Source: Burkholderiales bacterium
GTDB taxonomy: Bacteria; Pseudomonadota; Gammaproteobacteria; Burkholderiales; SG8-39
DNA length: 64,000 bases
Direction of reading: 5' to 3'
Assembly: GCA_050246035.1 (NCBI GenBank)
Contig: JBFWWT010000004.1
Coordinates: 1,568-65,567 of the forward strand
Below the pieces are notes generated by a model. That model was not told the origin of the DNA, made no database searches, and was given only the letters and a program-made list of their open reading frames with translations. The position numbers were made by a program, and so were the translations under genes. This document shows positions 38,419-46,916 of this stretch, piece after piece (the first letter of the stretch is position 1; each line of letters starts with the position of its first letter).

Positions 38419-39768
38419 ATGGATGCCCGGCTGCAGTCCGCGTTCGCAGCGCTCGTCGGCGAGCGGCACGTGCTCACCGCGCCCCAGGACACGGCTGCGT
38501 ACTATCGCGACTGGCGCCGGCAATTCGGCGCGCAGGCGCTCGCCGTCGTGCGCCCGGCGAGCACCGCCGAGGTCTCGGGCGTGATGGCCCTGTGCGCGCG
38601 CGAAGGGATCGCGGTGGTGCCGCAAGGCGGCAACACGAGCCTCGCGGGCGCCTCGGTGCCGACCGGCGCGCGGCGCGAAATCGTATTGTCGCTTTCGCGA
38701 CTCAATCGAATCCGCGCGCTGGACGCGCTGAACGACACGATCACCGTCGAAGCGGGCTGCATCCTCGCCGACGTGCAGAAGGCCGCCGGCGAAGCGGGCC
38801 GGCTCTTCGCGCTCTCGCTCGCGGCCGAGGGCAGCTGCGAGATCGGCGGCAATCTCTCCACCAACGCGGGCGGCGTCAACGTGCTGCGCTACGGCAACGC
38901 GCGCGAGCAGGTGCTCGGGCTCGAGGTGGTGCTGCCCGACGGGCGCGTCTGGGACGGGCTGCGCGCCCTGCGCAAGGACAACACGGGCTACGACCTGAAG
39001 CAGCTCTTCGTCGGCGCCGAGGGCACGCTCGGGGTGATCACGGCTGCGGTGCTGAAGCTGCACCCGAAACCCGCCGCGCAGACAACCGCCTGGATCGGCG
39101 TCGGCAGCCCGGCCCAGGCAGTGGCGCTGCTCGCGGCGCTGCGCGCGCGCCTCGGCGAATGCGTGAGCGCGTTCGAGCTCGTCTCGCGCGCGTGCCTGGA
39201 GGCCGTGCTCGCGCACGACCGCTCGGCGCGCGATCCGCTGCCGAAAGCCCATGCCTGGTACGTGCTCGCGCAGTTCGACGAGGCGCTCGCGCCCGAGGTC
39301 CTCGCGGGGGCGCCGCAGGTCGAGGATGCCGCTCTCGCCGCGAGCGCCGCCCAGGCGCAGGCCCTGTGGAAGATCCGCGAGACCATCCCGGAAGCGCAGT
39401 TCTCGAACGTCAAGCACGACGTCTCGGTCCCGGTATCGCGCGTGCCCGAGCTGATCGAGCGCGCGGGCGCGGCGCTCGCCGCGGCGTTTCCCGGCGCGCC
39501 GGTGTACGCCTTCGGCCATATCGGCGACGGCAACATCCACTACAACGTCGGCGACGCGGCGCTCACCGCGCGCCGCGAAGAGGTGAACGGCGTCGTCTAC
39601 GAGGTCGTGGACGCGCTCGGCGGCTCGATCTCGGCCGAGCACGGGCTGGGACAGCTCAAGCGCGAGGCGATCCGCCGGCACAAGCCGCCGCTCGAGCTGG
39701 AGCTCATGCGCGCCGTCAAGCAGGCGCTCGACCCGCAGGGGCTCATGAATCCCGGGAAGGTGATCTAG
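38419..39768 (+). CDS. FAD-binding oxidoreductase (GlcD / D-2-hydroxyacid dehydrogenase-like)
   Basis: VVPQGGNTSLAGASVP...GGNLSTNAGG...SISAEHGLGQLK is FAD_binding_4 / FAD-oxidase_C-like. Confidence 0.85.
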   Translation: MDARLQSAFAALVGERHVLTAPQDTAAYYRDWRRQFGAQALAVVRPASTAEVSGVMALCAREGIAVVPQGGNTSLAGASVPTGARREIVLSLSRLNRIRALDALNDTITVEAGCILADVQKAAGEAGRLFALSLAAEGSCEIGGNLSTNAGGVNVLRYGNAREQVLGLEVVLPDGRVWDGLRALRKDNTGYDLKQLFVGAEGTLGVITAAVLKLHPKPAAQTTAWIGVGSPAQAVALLAALRARLGECVSAFELVSRACLEAVLAHDRSARDPLPKAHAWYVLAQFDEALAPEVLAGAPQVEDAALAASAAQAQALWKIRETIPEAQFSNVKHDVSVPVSRVPELIERAGAALAAAFPGAPVYAFGHIGDGNIHYNVGDAALTARREEVNGVVYEVVDALGGSISAEHGLGQLKREAIRRHKPPLELELMRAVKQALDPQGLMNPGKVI

Positions 39769-40556
39769 GGCACGCGCTCGAAGACGAGCGACCCGACGCC
39801 CTCGAGTACGCCCTCGATACGGCCACCGCGCACGTGGCCGCGAAAGTCGAACCCCGTTCCTTCGATCTCGATTCGCTCGCCTTCCAGCCGCGCCACGCGT
39901 ACCGGCAGGCGAGCGCCCTCGCGCTCGAGCTCGACGTCGATGCGCTGGTAGTTCTGCGCGATGCGCATGCGCCAGCCGCCTGCCGCGCCCCAGGCACCGC
40001 GCGCCTGCGCCGGCACGACGTGGAGGAAGATGCGGCTGGAGTCGCCCTGCCCTTCGTGCGACCGGGACAAGCGCACCGTCTCGATGCGGTCGGCGGGCCA
40101 GCTCCCCAGGGGAAAGGCATGCGTCACGATGCGCGCCCCGGGGCGCAGCTCGTAGAGCAGGCGCGTCTCCAGGCGCTCGAGGAGCCACGGCAGGAGGTAG
40201 ATCGTGACCACGCTCGCCCCGGACAGGTCCGTGCGCAAGGCATCCTGCACGGCGAAGCGGGCCCGATCGGCGACACCGGCCCGCGCGGCGTTCTCGCGCG
40301 CGCGCGCGACGAGCGCCGGATCCAGATCGACGCCGAGTCCGCGCGCGCCGTGCGCCCTCGCCGCCTGGATGACGATGCGCCCGTCCCCGGAGCCCAGGTC
40401 CAGCACGACGTCCGCGGGCCCCGTGCGCGCGAGCTCGAGCATGCGCGCGACCACCTCGGGCGGCGTGGTGATGAAGGGGGCCTGCTGCGGCGCTTCCTGG
40501 GCCCGGGCAGACGTCGCGACGAGCAGCGCCGACGCGAGCGCCGCGCCGAGCCTCAT
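39765..40556 (-). CDS. Class I SAM-dependent methyltransferase with an N-terminal signal peptide and an extra C-terminal domain
   Basis: Signal-like MRLGAALASALLVATSARAQE and SAM motif I VLDLGSGDGRIV. ATGA overlap with the upstream gene. Confidence 0.7.
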   Translation of the reverse strand: MRLGAALASALLVATSARAQEAPQQAPFITTPPEVVARMLELARTGPADVVLDLGSGDGRIVIQAARAHGARGLGVDLDPALVARARENAARAGVADRARFAVQDALRTDLSGASVVTIYLLPWLLERLETRLLYELRPGARIVTHAFPLGSWPADRIETVRLSRSHEGQGDSSRIFLHVVPAQARGAWGAAGGWRMRIAQNYQRIDVELEREGARLPVRVARLEGERIEIEGTGFDFRGHVRGGRIEGVLEGVGSLVFERVP

Positions 40557-41137
40557 TGCAGCAGGGCGTCCTTGCCCAGCAGGGCCTCGCGGAAGCGGTT
40601 CTTGAGCACCGTGCCTTCGCGCGGCGGCAGCACGAGCGGAATCTTCTCCGCCGCCACCTTCACTTGCGCGAAAGCAGGGCCGGCGCTCCCGTGCACGGTC
40701 TTGCGCAGCGCCTCCACCCCCGCCATGTCGCGCACGAGCACGCTGGAGGTGAAGCCGCAGGCCGTCGCCACCGCGGAGAGATCCACGCCGTGCGAGGTGT
40801 GCGTCGCCTGCATGCCGGTCTCGCCGTAGCGCTCGTTGTCGATCACGACCACGGCGAGGTTGGCGGGCTTGTGCGCGCCGACGGTGGCGAGCGACCCCAG
40901 CCCCATCAGCATCTCGCCGTCGCCGGTGAGCACGAGCACGCGCCGCGACGGCTGCGCGAGCGCGAGGCCGAGTCCGGTCACCGCGGCGCAGCCCATCGCG
41001 CCCCACATCGGGAAGGTGAGCGGATGGTCGCCCGCGGCCGTGCAGTCCCAGGCGGTCGAGCCCAGGCCGGCCACGACCAGCAGATCGCCGCGGCCCGCGA
41101 GCAGCGCCTTCACCACGTCGCGCCGGTGCAGGCTCAT
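40553..41137 (-). CDS. Split TPP-dependent 2-oxoacid decarboxylase, beta subunit (sulfopyruvate/phosphonopyruvate decarboxylase-like, ComE-like)
   Basis: TPP motif GDGEMLMGLGSLATV...VVIDNERYGETG, 194 aa. ATGA overlap with the alpha subunit gene. Confidence 0.7.
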   Translation of the reverse strand: MSLHRRDVVKALLAGRGDLLVVAGLGSTAWDCTAAGDHPLTFPMWGAMGCAAVTGLGLALAQPSRRVLVLTGDGEMLMGLGSLATVGAHKPANLAVVVIDNERYGETGMQATHTSHGVDLSAVATACGFTSSVLVRDMAGVEALRKTVHGSAGPAFAQVKVAAEKIPLVLPPREGTVLKNRFREALLGKDALLQ

Positions 41138-41679
41138 CGCGCCGCCTGCTCCTGAAAGCTCTTGATGCCGATCACGCGCTGCGAGATGAGCACGGCCGCC
41201 GCGCAATAGCCGCCGAAGGCGATGCGGGCAGCCGCGTCCACGTGCTCGGCGACCTCGGCGGCCTGCGCCGCGGGCTGCACGACGACGCCCATGGCGCGCA
41301 GCACCTGCGCGGTGGCCTGCCCCATCGGGATCTGCCAGGGGTTGAACTCGCCGTACTCGCCGCGCATGGTGACGAGGATCAGCACCGGCACGCGGCATTC
41401 CTGGATCATGCCGAGGGCATTGACGATGTTGCCGACGCCGCTCGACTGCATGAGGAGCGCGGTCTTCGCGCCGCCCAGCCAGGCGCCGGTGGCGAGGCCG
41501 ATGCCCTCTTCTTCCGTGCTCATCACCACGGTGCGCATGCGCGCATCGGCCTGGCACAGCTCGATCAGGCGCTTGTGGCCCGCGTCGGGCACGAAGCCGA
41601 TCACGCCGAAGCCCAGGCGCGAAAGCGTCTGGTGCACGGCGAGCGGCCAGTCGACGGCGGCGGAAATCGGGGCGTTCAA
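41134..41679 (-). CDS. Split TPP-dependent 2-oxoacid decarboxylase, alpha subunit (ComD-like)
   Basis: 181-aa TPP-enzyme N-terminal (pyrimidine-binding) domain: GFVPDAGHKRL...EEEGIGLATGAWLGG...MQSSGVGN. Confidence 0.7.
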   Translation of the reverse strand: MNAPISAAVDWPLAVHQTLSRLGFGVIGFVPDAGHKRLIELCQADARMRTVVMSTEEEGIGLATGAWLGGAKTALLMQSSGVGNIVNALGMIQECRVPVLILVTMRGEYGEFNPWQIPMGQATAQVLRAMGVVVQPAAQAAEVAEHVDAAARIAFGGYCAAAVLISQRVIGIKSFQEQAAR

Positions 41680-41697
41680 GGCGGGGCCGATTCTAAG

Positions 41698-42771
41698 CTA
41701 CCCGACGCGCACCGTGACCCGCTGTATCGCATTGTTGCCGAAGCCGGAGACGTCCCACGGCGGCTCGAGCGGCTGGACGTTCCCCCCGGCGTCGGTCGCG
41801 CGGCAGGCGATCACGTGCACGCCGGGCCTCGCGTCCCAGGCGGCGCGCCAGAGCTGCCACGCGTAGGGCGATGGAGGCGTCTCGAGGCGCGCGTCGCGCC
41901 AGTCGCCGTCCACGGCGAACTCGACGCGCCGCACGGGCCCGATCCCCGACCAGGCGCGGCCGACGATCTCCACGCGTCCCGGCGCGAGCACGCGCTCGCG
42001 CGTGTAGAAGTCGGGGATGCCCGGCGGCAAGAGCAGCGAGTTGACGCGCATGTGCGTGCACGGCTCGCCGCGCTCGCCCGCCACTTTGCGGAAGTGGTAG
42101 CTGTGCGCCTGCTGCACGCCGTCGAAGGCGCCCTCGATCGCCTCGATGCGCGCGAGCCACTTCACGCTCGCCATGCCGTACCAGCGCGGCACCACTAGCC
42201 GCAGCGGGTAGCCGTGCGGCGGCGGCAAAGGATGCCCGTTCATCGCCCAGGCGAGCAGCACGTCCTCTTGCCGCGCGAGCGCCGGCGAAAGGCTGCGGGC
42301 GAACGCGTGCTCCCGGCCCCGGTCGATGCCGCGGTCGGCGCCCCAGAACACGATCTCGCGCGCCTCGGGGCGCAAGCCCGCGGCGCGCAGCACCTCCACG
42401 AGCGGCACGCCAGTCCACTGCGCCGTCGACACGCCCTCCTCGATCCACGGGATCGAGGGGTAGCGCGGCGAAACCTGCGCGCGCCCGTTGCCCGCGCACT
42501 CCAGGGTCACGGTGACCGTGCGCGAGGGCATCGTGCGCAGCTCCTCCAGCGATATCGCGAGCGATCGCCCGACGAGGCCGCCGACCTCCAGGCGCCAGGC
42601 GGCCGCCTCGAGATGCGGAATATCGAAGTGGACGAGCTGATAGTGCTGGCCCACCGGCGTGACATCGTGGCGCAGCGCCTCGAGCGGCATGCCGGCGTTG
42701 CGCCAGGCGAGCGCGAGCTCCTCGCGGGTGTGCCGGCCGACGATCGGCGGCCGGCGCGTGATTGCCGTCAT
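41698..42771 (-). CDS. Sulfite-oxidase-fold molybdopterin oxidoreductase (no signal peptide evident)
   Basis: Mo-ligand cysteine context VTLECAGNGR, WGADRG, GYPLRLVVPRWYGMASVKW and a C-terminal dimerisation/Ig-like domain. Confidence 0.8.
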   Translation of the reverse strand: MTAITRRPPIVGRHTREELALAWRNAGMPLEALRHDVTPVGQHYQLVHFDIPHLEAAAWRLEVGGLVGRSLAISLEELRTMPSRTVTVTLECAGNGRAQVSPRYPSIPWIEEGVSTAQWTGVPLVEVLRAAGLRPEAREIVFWGADRGIDRGREHAFARSLSPALARQEDVLLAWAMNGHPLPPPHGYPLRLVVPRWYGMASVKWLARIEAIEGAFDGVQQAHSYHFRKVAGERGEPCTHMRVNSLLLPPGIPDFYTRERVLAPGRVEIVGRAWSGIGPVRRVEFAVDGDWRDARLETPPSPYAWQLWRAAWDARPGVHVIACRATDAGGNVQPLEPPWDVSGFGNNAIQRVTVRVG

Positions 42772-42798
42772 CGTGACCTCTCCTGCGGCGATTCTATA

Positions 42799-43647
42799 AT
42801 GCGCGCGTTACCGCCCATGGCGCACCGGACCTGGCTCGAGGTGGCACTGAACGGCCCGTGGGGACGCGGGCGGCAGCCGGGCATCCCGGTGAGCGTCATG
42901 GAAATCATCGCCCAGGGCATCGCCTGCGCGCGCGAGGGCGCGGCCATCGTGCACGTGCACGCCTACGACGAATCGAGCGGGCGACAGCACGACGACGCCG
43001 ACCTCTACGCGCGCATCATCGAAGGCATCCGCGCGCAGGCCGATTGCATCGTCTACCCGACGATCCCCTTCGGCGGCAAGCACACCGCGCAGTCGCGCTA
43101 TGCCGCGATCGAGGCGCTCGGCCGGCGCGGGCTGCTCGAGTGCGCGGTGGTCGATCCCGGCTCGGTCAATCTCGACGGCTTCGTCTACCTGAACCCCGAC
43201 GACCACATCCGCCACGGCCTCGCGCTCGCCGCACGCTACCGCTTCCACCCCGGATACGCCATCTACGAGCCCGGATTCCTGCGGCTCGGCGCGCAGCTCG
43301 CCCGCGAGGCCGCCGCGCCGCAGCCGATCTACCGCTTCATGTTCTCCGAGGGCTTCGCCTTCGGCTTTCCTCCGGCGCGCTATGCGCTGGAAGCCTACCT
43401 GCGGCTGATCGAGGACACCGCGCCCGGTGCGCCCTGGATGATCGCGGGCCTCGCCGTGGACATCCTGCCGCTCGCCGGGGAGGCCGCGGCACGCGGCGGT
43501 CACGTGCGGGTGGGCCTCGAGGATGCCCCGTTCGGCTCCGCCCGCGCCAACCTGGACTGGGTGCGCGCGGCGCGGCGGGAGATCGAGGCCGCTGGCCGGT
43601 CGCTCGCGAGCGCCGCCGACGTGCGGGCGGCGCTGGGCGGGCGATGA
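42799..43647 (+). CDS. 3-keto-5-aminohexanoate cleavage enzyme family (BKACE/DUF849) protein
   Basis: VALNGP...AIVHVHAYDE...HVRVGLEDAP is the BKACE TIM-barrel pattern. ATG 42817 is an alternative start; a TATAAT at 42795-42800 overlaps ATG 42799. Confidence 0.75.
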   Translation: MRALPPMAHRTWLEVALNGPWGRGRQPGIPVSVMEIIAQGIACAREGAAIVHVHAYDESSGRQHDDADLYARIIEGIRAQADCIVYPTIPFGGKHTAQSRYAAIEALGRRGLLECAVVDPGSVNLDGFVYLNPDDHIRHGLALAARYRFHPGYAIYEPGFLRLGAQLAREAAAPQPIYRFMFSEGFAFGFPPARYALEAYLRLIEDTAPGAPWMIAGLAVDILPLAGEAAARGGHVRVGLEDAPFGSARANLDWVRAARREIEAAGRSLASAADVRAALGGR

Positions 43648-44255
43648 TCGACCTCGCGCAGTTCCACGCCGGCCTTCCGCGCGGCGACCTGTGGGTATTC
43701 GGCTACGGCTCGCTCATGTGGTCGCCGGGCTTTCCGTACCGGGAGCGATCGGTCGGGCTGCTGCGCGGCTATCACCGGGCGCTTTGCATACTGTCCACGC
43801 GCTACCGCGGCACCGACCGGCGGCCCGGCCTCGTGATGGGCCTGTGCCGCGGCGGCTCCTGCTGGGGCATGGCCTTTCGCGTGCCCGCCGGCAAGGTCGC
43901 CCTGGCCCTGAAAAGGCTCTGGACCCGCGAGATGCCCCGGCGCGTCTACAAGGCGAAGCTCGTGCCGGTGCGCATCTCGCGCGGCCGCCGGGTGCGCGCC
44001 CTCGCCTTCGTCGCGGACCCGTCGCATCCGCAGTTCATGCGCGAGCTCGATCTCGAGCGCCGCGTGCGCTTCGTCGCCCAGGGCGTCGGGGAGCGCGGTC
44101 CCTGCACCGAATACATCCGCTCGACGCTCGAGCACATGGGCGTGCTCGGCGTGTCGGACCCTCACCTCGAGCGCGTGCTGGAGGCGGCGGAAGCCATGCG
44201 CGCGAGGGCGGCCTCCAGGCGCGCGCGTTGCGTGCCGAAATTGAGGCGTACGTAG
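43644..44255 (+). CDS. ChaC family gamma-glutamylcyclotransferase
   Basis: LWVFGYGSLMWSPGFPY...GYHRALC is the ChaC signature. ATGA overlap with the upstream gene. Confidence 0.8.
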   Translation: MIDLAQFHAGLPRGDLWVFGYGSLMWSPGFPYRERSVGLLRGYHRALCILSTRYRGTDRRPGLVMGLCRGGSCWGMAFRVPAGKVALALKRLWTREMPRRVYKAKLVPVRISRGRRVRALAFVADPSHPQFMRELDLERRVRFVAQGVGERGPCTEYIRSTLEHMGVLGVSDPHLERVLEAAEAMRARAASRRARCVPKLRRT

Positions 44256-45313
44256 CCGGGCGCGCCGAACTGCTCGCCCGGCGAGAGCGCCACGCCGTGC
44301 GCGAGGAAGTGCGCGTGCGCATCCGTCACACCGAGCGCGGTGGCGTCGATCCACGCGAGATAGGTCGCCTCCACGTGCGCCATGGCGAGCCCCGGCATGC
44401 GCGCCACCGCGAGCTCGACGAGGTCGCGATTGCCGCGCAGGTAATCGAGCTGCGCCGAAAGCCAGGCTTCGCCCTCCCGATAGGCGGCGAGCGCGCCGAT
44501 GTAGCCGAACACGGAAGGGTCGTGGACAGTGGCGTGGTGATCCGCGGAGAGCTCGCGCCGCAGGGCCTCGTCCGCGATGATCGCCCAGGCGCAGCCCGCG
44601 CCCGGGAAGTTGAACGTCTTGTTGGGCGAGGCGAGCGTCACGGTGCGCCGGCACACCTCCGGGGCGAGGCTCGCGATGGGCACGTGCGGCTTGCCCGCAT
44701 CGAGCAGCAGGTCGGCGTGGATCTCGTCGGAGCAGATGACGAGATCATGGCGCTCGGCGAAGTCCGCCAGCCGCTCGAGCTCGGCGCGCGTGAAGACGGT
44801 GCCGCCCGGGTTCTGGGGATTGCACAGGTACATCAGCCGCGTACCCGGCCGCACGAGCGCGGCGAGGCGCTCCTCGTCGAGCACCCAGCGGCCCCGCTCG
44901 AGCACGAGCGGCACGTCGTCGTGCGCGCGCGGCGCGAGTTCGACGGCGCGCTTGAAGTGATGGTAGATGGGGCGAGGCACGAGCACGTGCCCGTCGGCGG
45001 GCACGAGGCGGCGCGCGGCGAGGTGCAGGCCCGGCACGACGCCCGGCAGGAACACGATCCATGCGGGGTCGATCGACCAGCGGTACAGGCGCTGCACTCG
45101 CGCGACGATGGCCTCGCGCAGCTCGGCCGGCGGCGCCGTGTATCCGAGCACGCCGTGGCGCAGGCGCGCCGCCATGGCCTCCAGCACGCAATCCGGCGCG
45201 CGGAAATCGGTGTCCGCGACCCAGAGCGGGATCACGTCGCGCCCGGCGTAGCGCTCCCAGCGCGACGACCAGGTGCCCGCGCGGTCCACGGGTGCGTCGA
45301 AGTCGATCGGCAC
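44162..45313 (-). CDS. MalY/PatB-type PLP-dependent C-S lyase (aminotransferase class I/II)
   Basis: FDAPVDRAGTWSSRW...WVADTDF...SPNKTFNFPG (PLP lysine). The GTG at 45313 has an AAGGG SD sequence. The upstream ATG 45367 would span the dctM terminator. Confidence 0.8.
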   Translation of the reverse strand: MPIDFDAPVDRAGTWSSRWERYAGRDVIPLWVADTDFRAPDCVLEAMAARLRHGVLGYTAPPAELREAIVARVQRLYRWSIDPAWIVFLPGVVPGLHLAARRLVPADGHVLVPRPIYHHFKRAVELAPRAHDDVPLVLERGRWVLDEERLAALVRPGTRLMYLCNPQNPGGTVFTRAELERLADFAERHDLVICSDEIHADLLLDAGKPHVPIASLAPEVCRRTVTLASPNKTFNFPGAGCAWAIIADEALRRELSADHHATVHDPSVFGYIGALAAYREGEAWLSAQLDYLRGNRDLVELAVARMPGLAMAHVEATYLAWIDATALGVTDAHAHFLAHGVALSPGEQFGAPGYVRLNFGTQRARLEAALARMASAASSTRSR

Positions 45314-45326
45314 GCGCCCTTGTAGC

Positions 45327-45356
45327 AAAAAAAAACGCCGGGCGCGAGGCCCGGCG
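45327..45356 (-). terminator. Rho-independent terminator of the TRAP operon
   Basis: On the minus strand: CGCCGGGC-CTCGC-GCCCGGCG followed by T9, 22 nt after the large-permease stop. Confidence 0.85.
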
Positions 45357-45377
45357 TCCGATGCCAAACGCGGGCCG

Positions 45378-46913
45378 CTACTTGGCGGCCGGGGCTCCTT
45401 CGTCTTGATTCTCGCTGCCCTCCGCGTCCTCCTCCTCCGAATCCTGGCTGCGCGCGTCCTCGAGCGCCTCGCGCAGCGCCTCGCCGTAGCCGCCGCCCTG
45501 CTGGTAATCCTCCAGCGACGCGCCGTCCCTGACTTCCTCGGTCACCACGGCGCGCGAGGCCGCCTGCAGGCGCTCGGGGAACCAGGTGGCGATGCCCGGC
45601 ACCGCCACGATCGCCCCGATGGCGATCACCTGCAGGATCATGAACTGGAACATGCCGTGGTAGATGTTGGCGAGCGACCAGTCCCTCACCACCTGGCGCA
45701 GGTAGTACGCGGACATGGCCACCGGCGGCGACAGGAACGCGGTCTGCAGCACGACGGCGACGAGGGCGCCGAACCACACCATGACCATCTCCACCGGGAT
45801 GCCCATCGCCTGGGCGAGGTCGGGCTTGAGGGCGTCCATCACCGGATAGAAGATGGGCAGGAACACGAGGATGATCGCCGGCCACTCGAACGGCCAGCCG
45901 AGCACGAAGATCAGCGCCAGCACCACCACCAGCATGAGCACCGGCGAGAACTGCAGCGCGAGCATCGACTCCGTGATCCAGTTCGCCGTGCCCATGCGCG
46001 CGAACACCGCGCCGAAGATGTTCGAAGTCACCGCCAGCAGCAGCACCATCGCGGAGGTGGCGGTGGTGGACAGCACGGCGCGCTTCAGGCCGTCATAGGA
46101 GAACCTGCCGTAGGCCGCGGCGAGCAGCAGCGCGCCCATGGCGCCCATCCCGGCCGCTTCGGTCGGCGTCGCCAGTCCGGCGAGGATCGACCCCAGGGCG
46201 GCGGCGATCAGCCCCACCAGCGGCAATACGCCCAGCACAACCTCTCGCAGGATCGTTCCCACGCCGGCGACGCGCTCCGCCTTGGGCACCGGCGGGCCGA
46301 GCCGCGGATTGAGGAACGCGCGCCCCATCAGGTACGCGAGGTACAGGCCGGCGAGCAGGAATCCGGGCCCGAAGGCCGCCGCGTAGAGGTCCGCCACCGA
46401 CACGCCCAGGACCGGCCCCATGACGATCAGCATGACCGAAGGCGGAATCAGGATGCCGAGCGTGCCGCCCGCGGTAATGGCGCCGGCCGACAGGCGCGAG
46501 TCGTAGCCCGTCTTCACCATGATCGGGCTCGCCATGATGCCCAGCACCGTTACCGCCGCGCCGACGATGCCGGTCGCCATGGCGAAGATGGCGGCCGTCA
46601 GGATCACCACGGCGTACAACGCGCCGCGCACCGGCGCGAGCAGCAGCCGCAGCGCGACGAACAGGCGCTCCATCAGGCCGGCCTGCTCGGTGATGAAGCC
46701 CATGAAGATGAACAGGGGCACCGCGGCGAGCAGCGACTCCTTCATCATGCCGATGGTCTGGAAATAGGCCAGGCTGAACACCACCTCCCCGAGGCCGAGG
46801 TAGCCGAAGGTGAGCGCGAGGAACAGCAGCGTGAAGGAGATCGGAAAGCCGATGAAGATCGCGCCGATCATCACCACCAGCATGACCATGCCCAGGGCGG
46901 CGATGTCGGTCAT
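45378..46913 (-). CDS. TRAP transporter large permease (DctM family) with an acidic C-terminal extension
   Basis: 511 aa with many TM helices. The tail is ...DARSQDSEEEDAEGSENQDEGAPAAK. Confidence 0.9.
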   Translation of the reverse strand: MTDIAALGMVMLVVMIGAIFIGFPISFTLLFLALTFGYLGLGEVVFSLAYFQTIGMMKESLLAAVPLFIFMGFITEQAGLMERLFVALRLLLAPVRGALYAVVILTAAIFAMATGIVGAAVTVLGIMASPIMVKTGYDSRLSAGAITAGGTLGILIPPSVMLIVMGPVLGVSVADLYAAAFGPGFLLAGLYLAYLMGRAFLNPRLGPPVPKAERVAGVGTILREVVLGVLPLVGLIAAALGSILAGLATPTEAAGMGAMGALLLAAAYGRFSYDGLKRAVLSTTATSAMVLLLAVTSNIFGAVFARMGTANWITESMLALQFSPVLMLVVVLALIFVLGWPFEWPAIILVFLPIFYPVMDALKPDLAQAMGIPVEMVMVWFGALVAVVLQTAFLSPPVAMSAYYLRQVVRDWSLANIYHGMFQFMILQVIAIGAIVAVPGIATWFPERLQAASRAVVTEEVRDGASLEDYQQGGGYGEALREALEDARSQDSEEEDAEGSENQDEGAPAAK

Positions 46914-46916
46914 GGC

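Noticed and set aside
45314-45367. The longer version of the MalY-type lyase ORF, starting at ATG 45367.
   Set aside because: That extension would run straight through the strong TRAP-operon terminator (45327-45356). It would add an Arg/Phe-rich peptide not typical of the family. GTG 45313 has an SD-like AAGGG and matches the usual N-terminus (..IDFD.PVDR.GT.S.KW-like).
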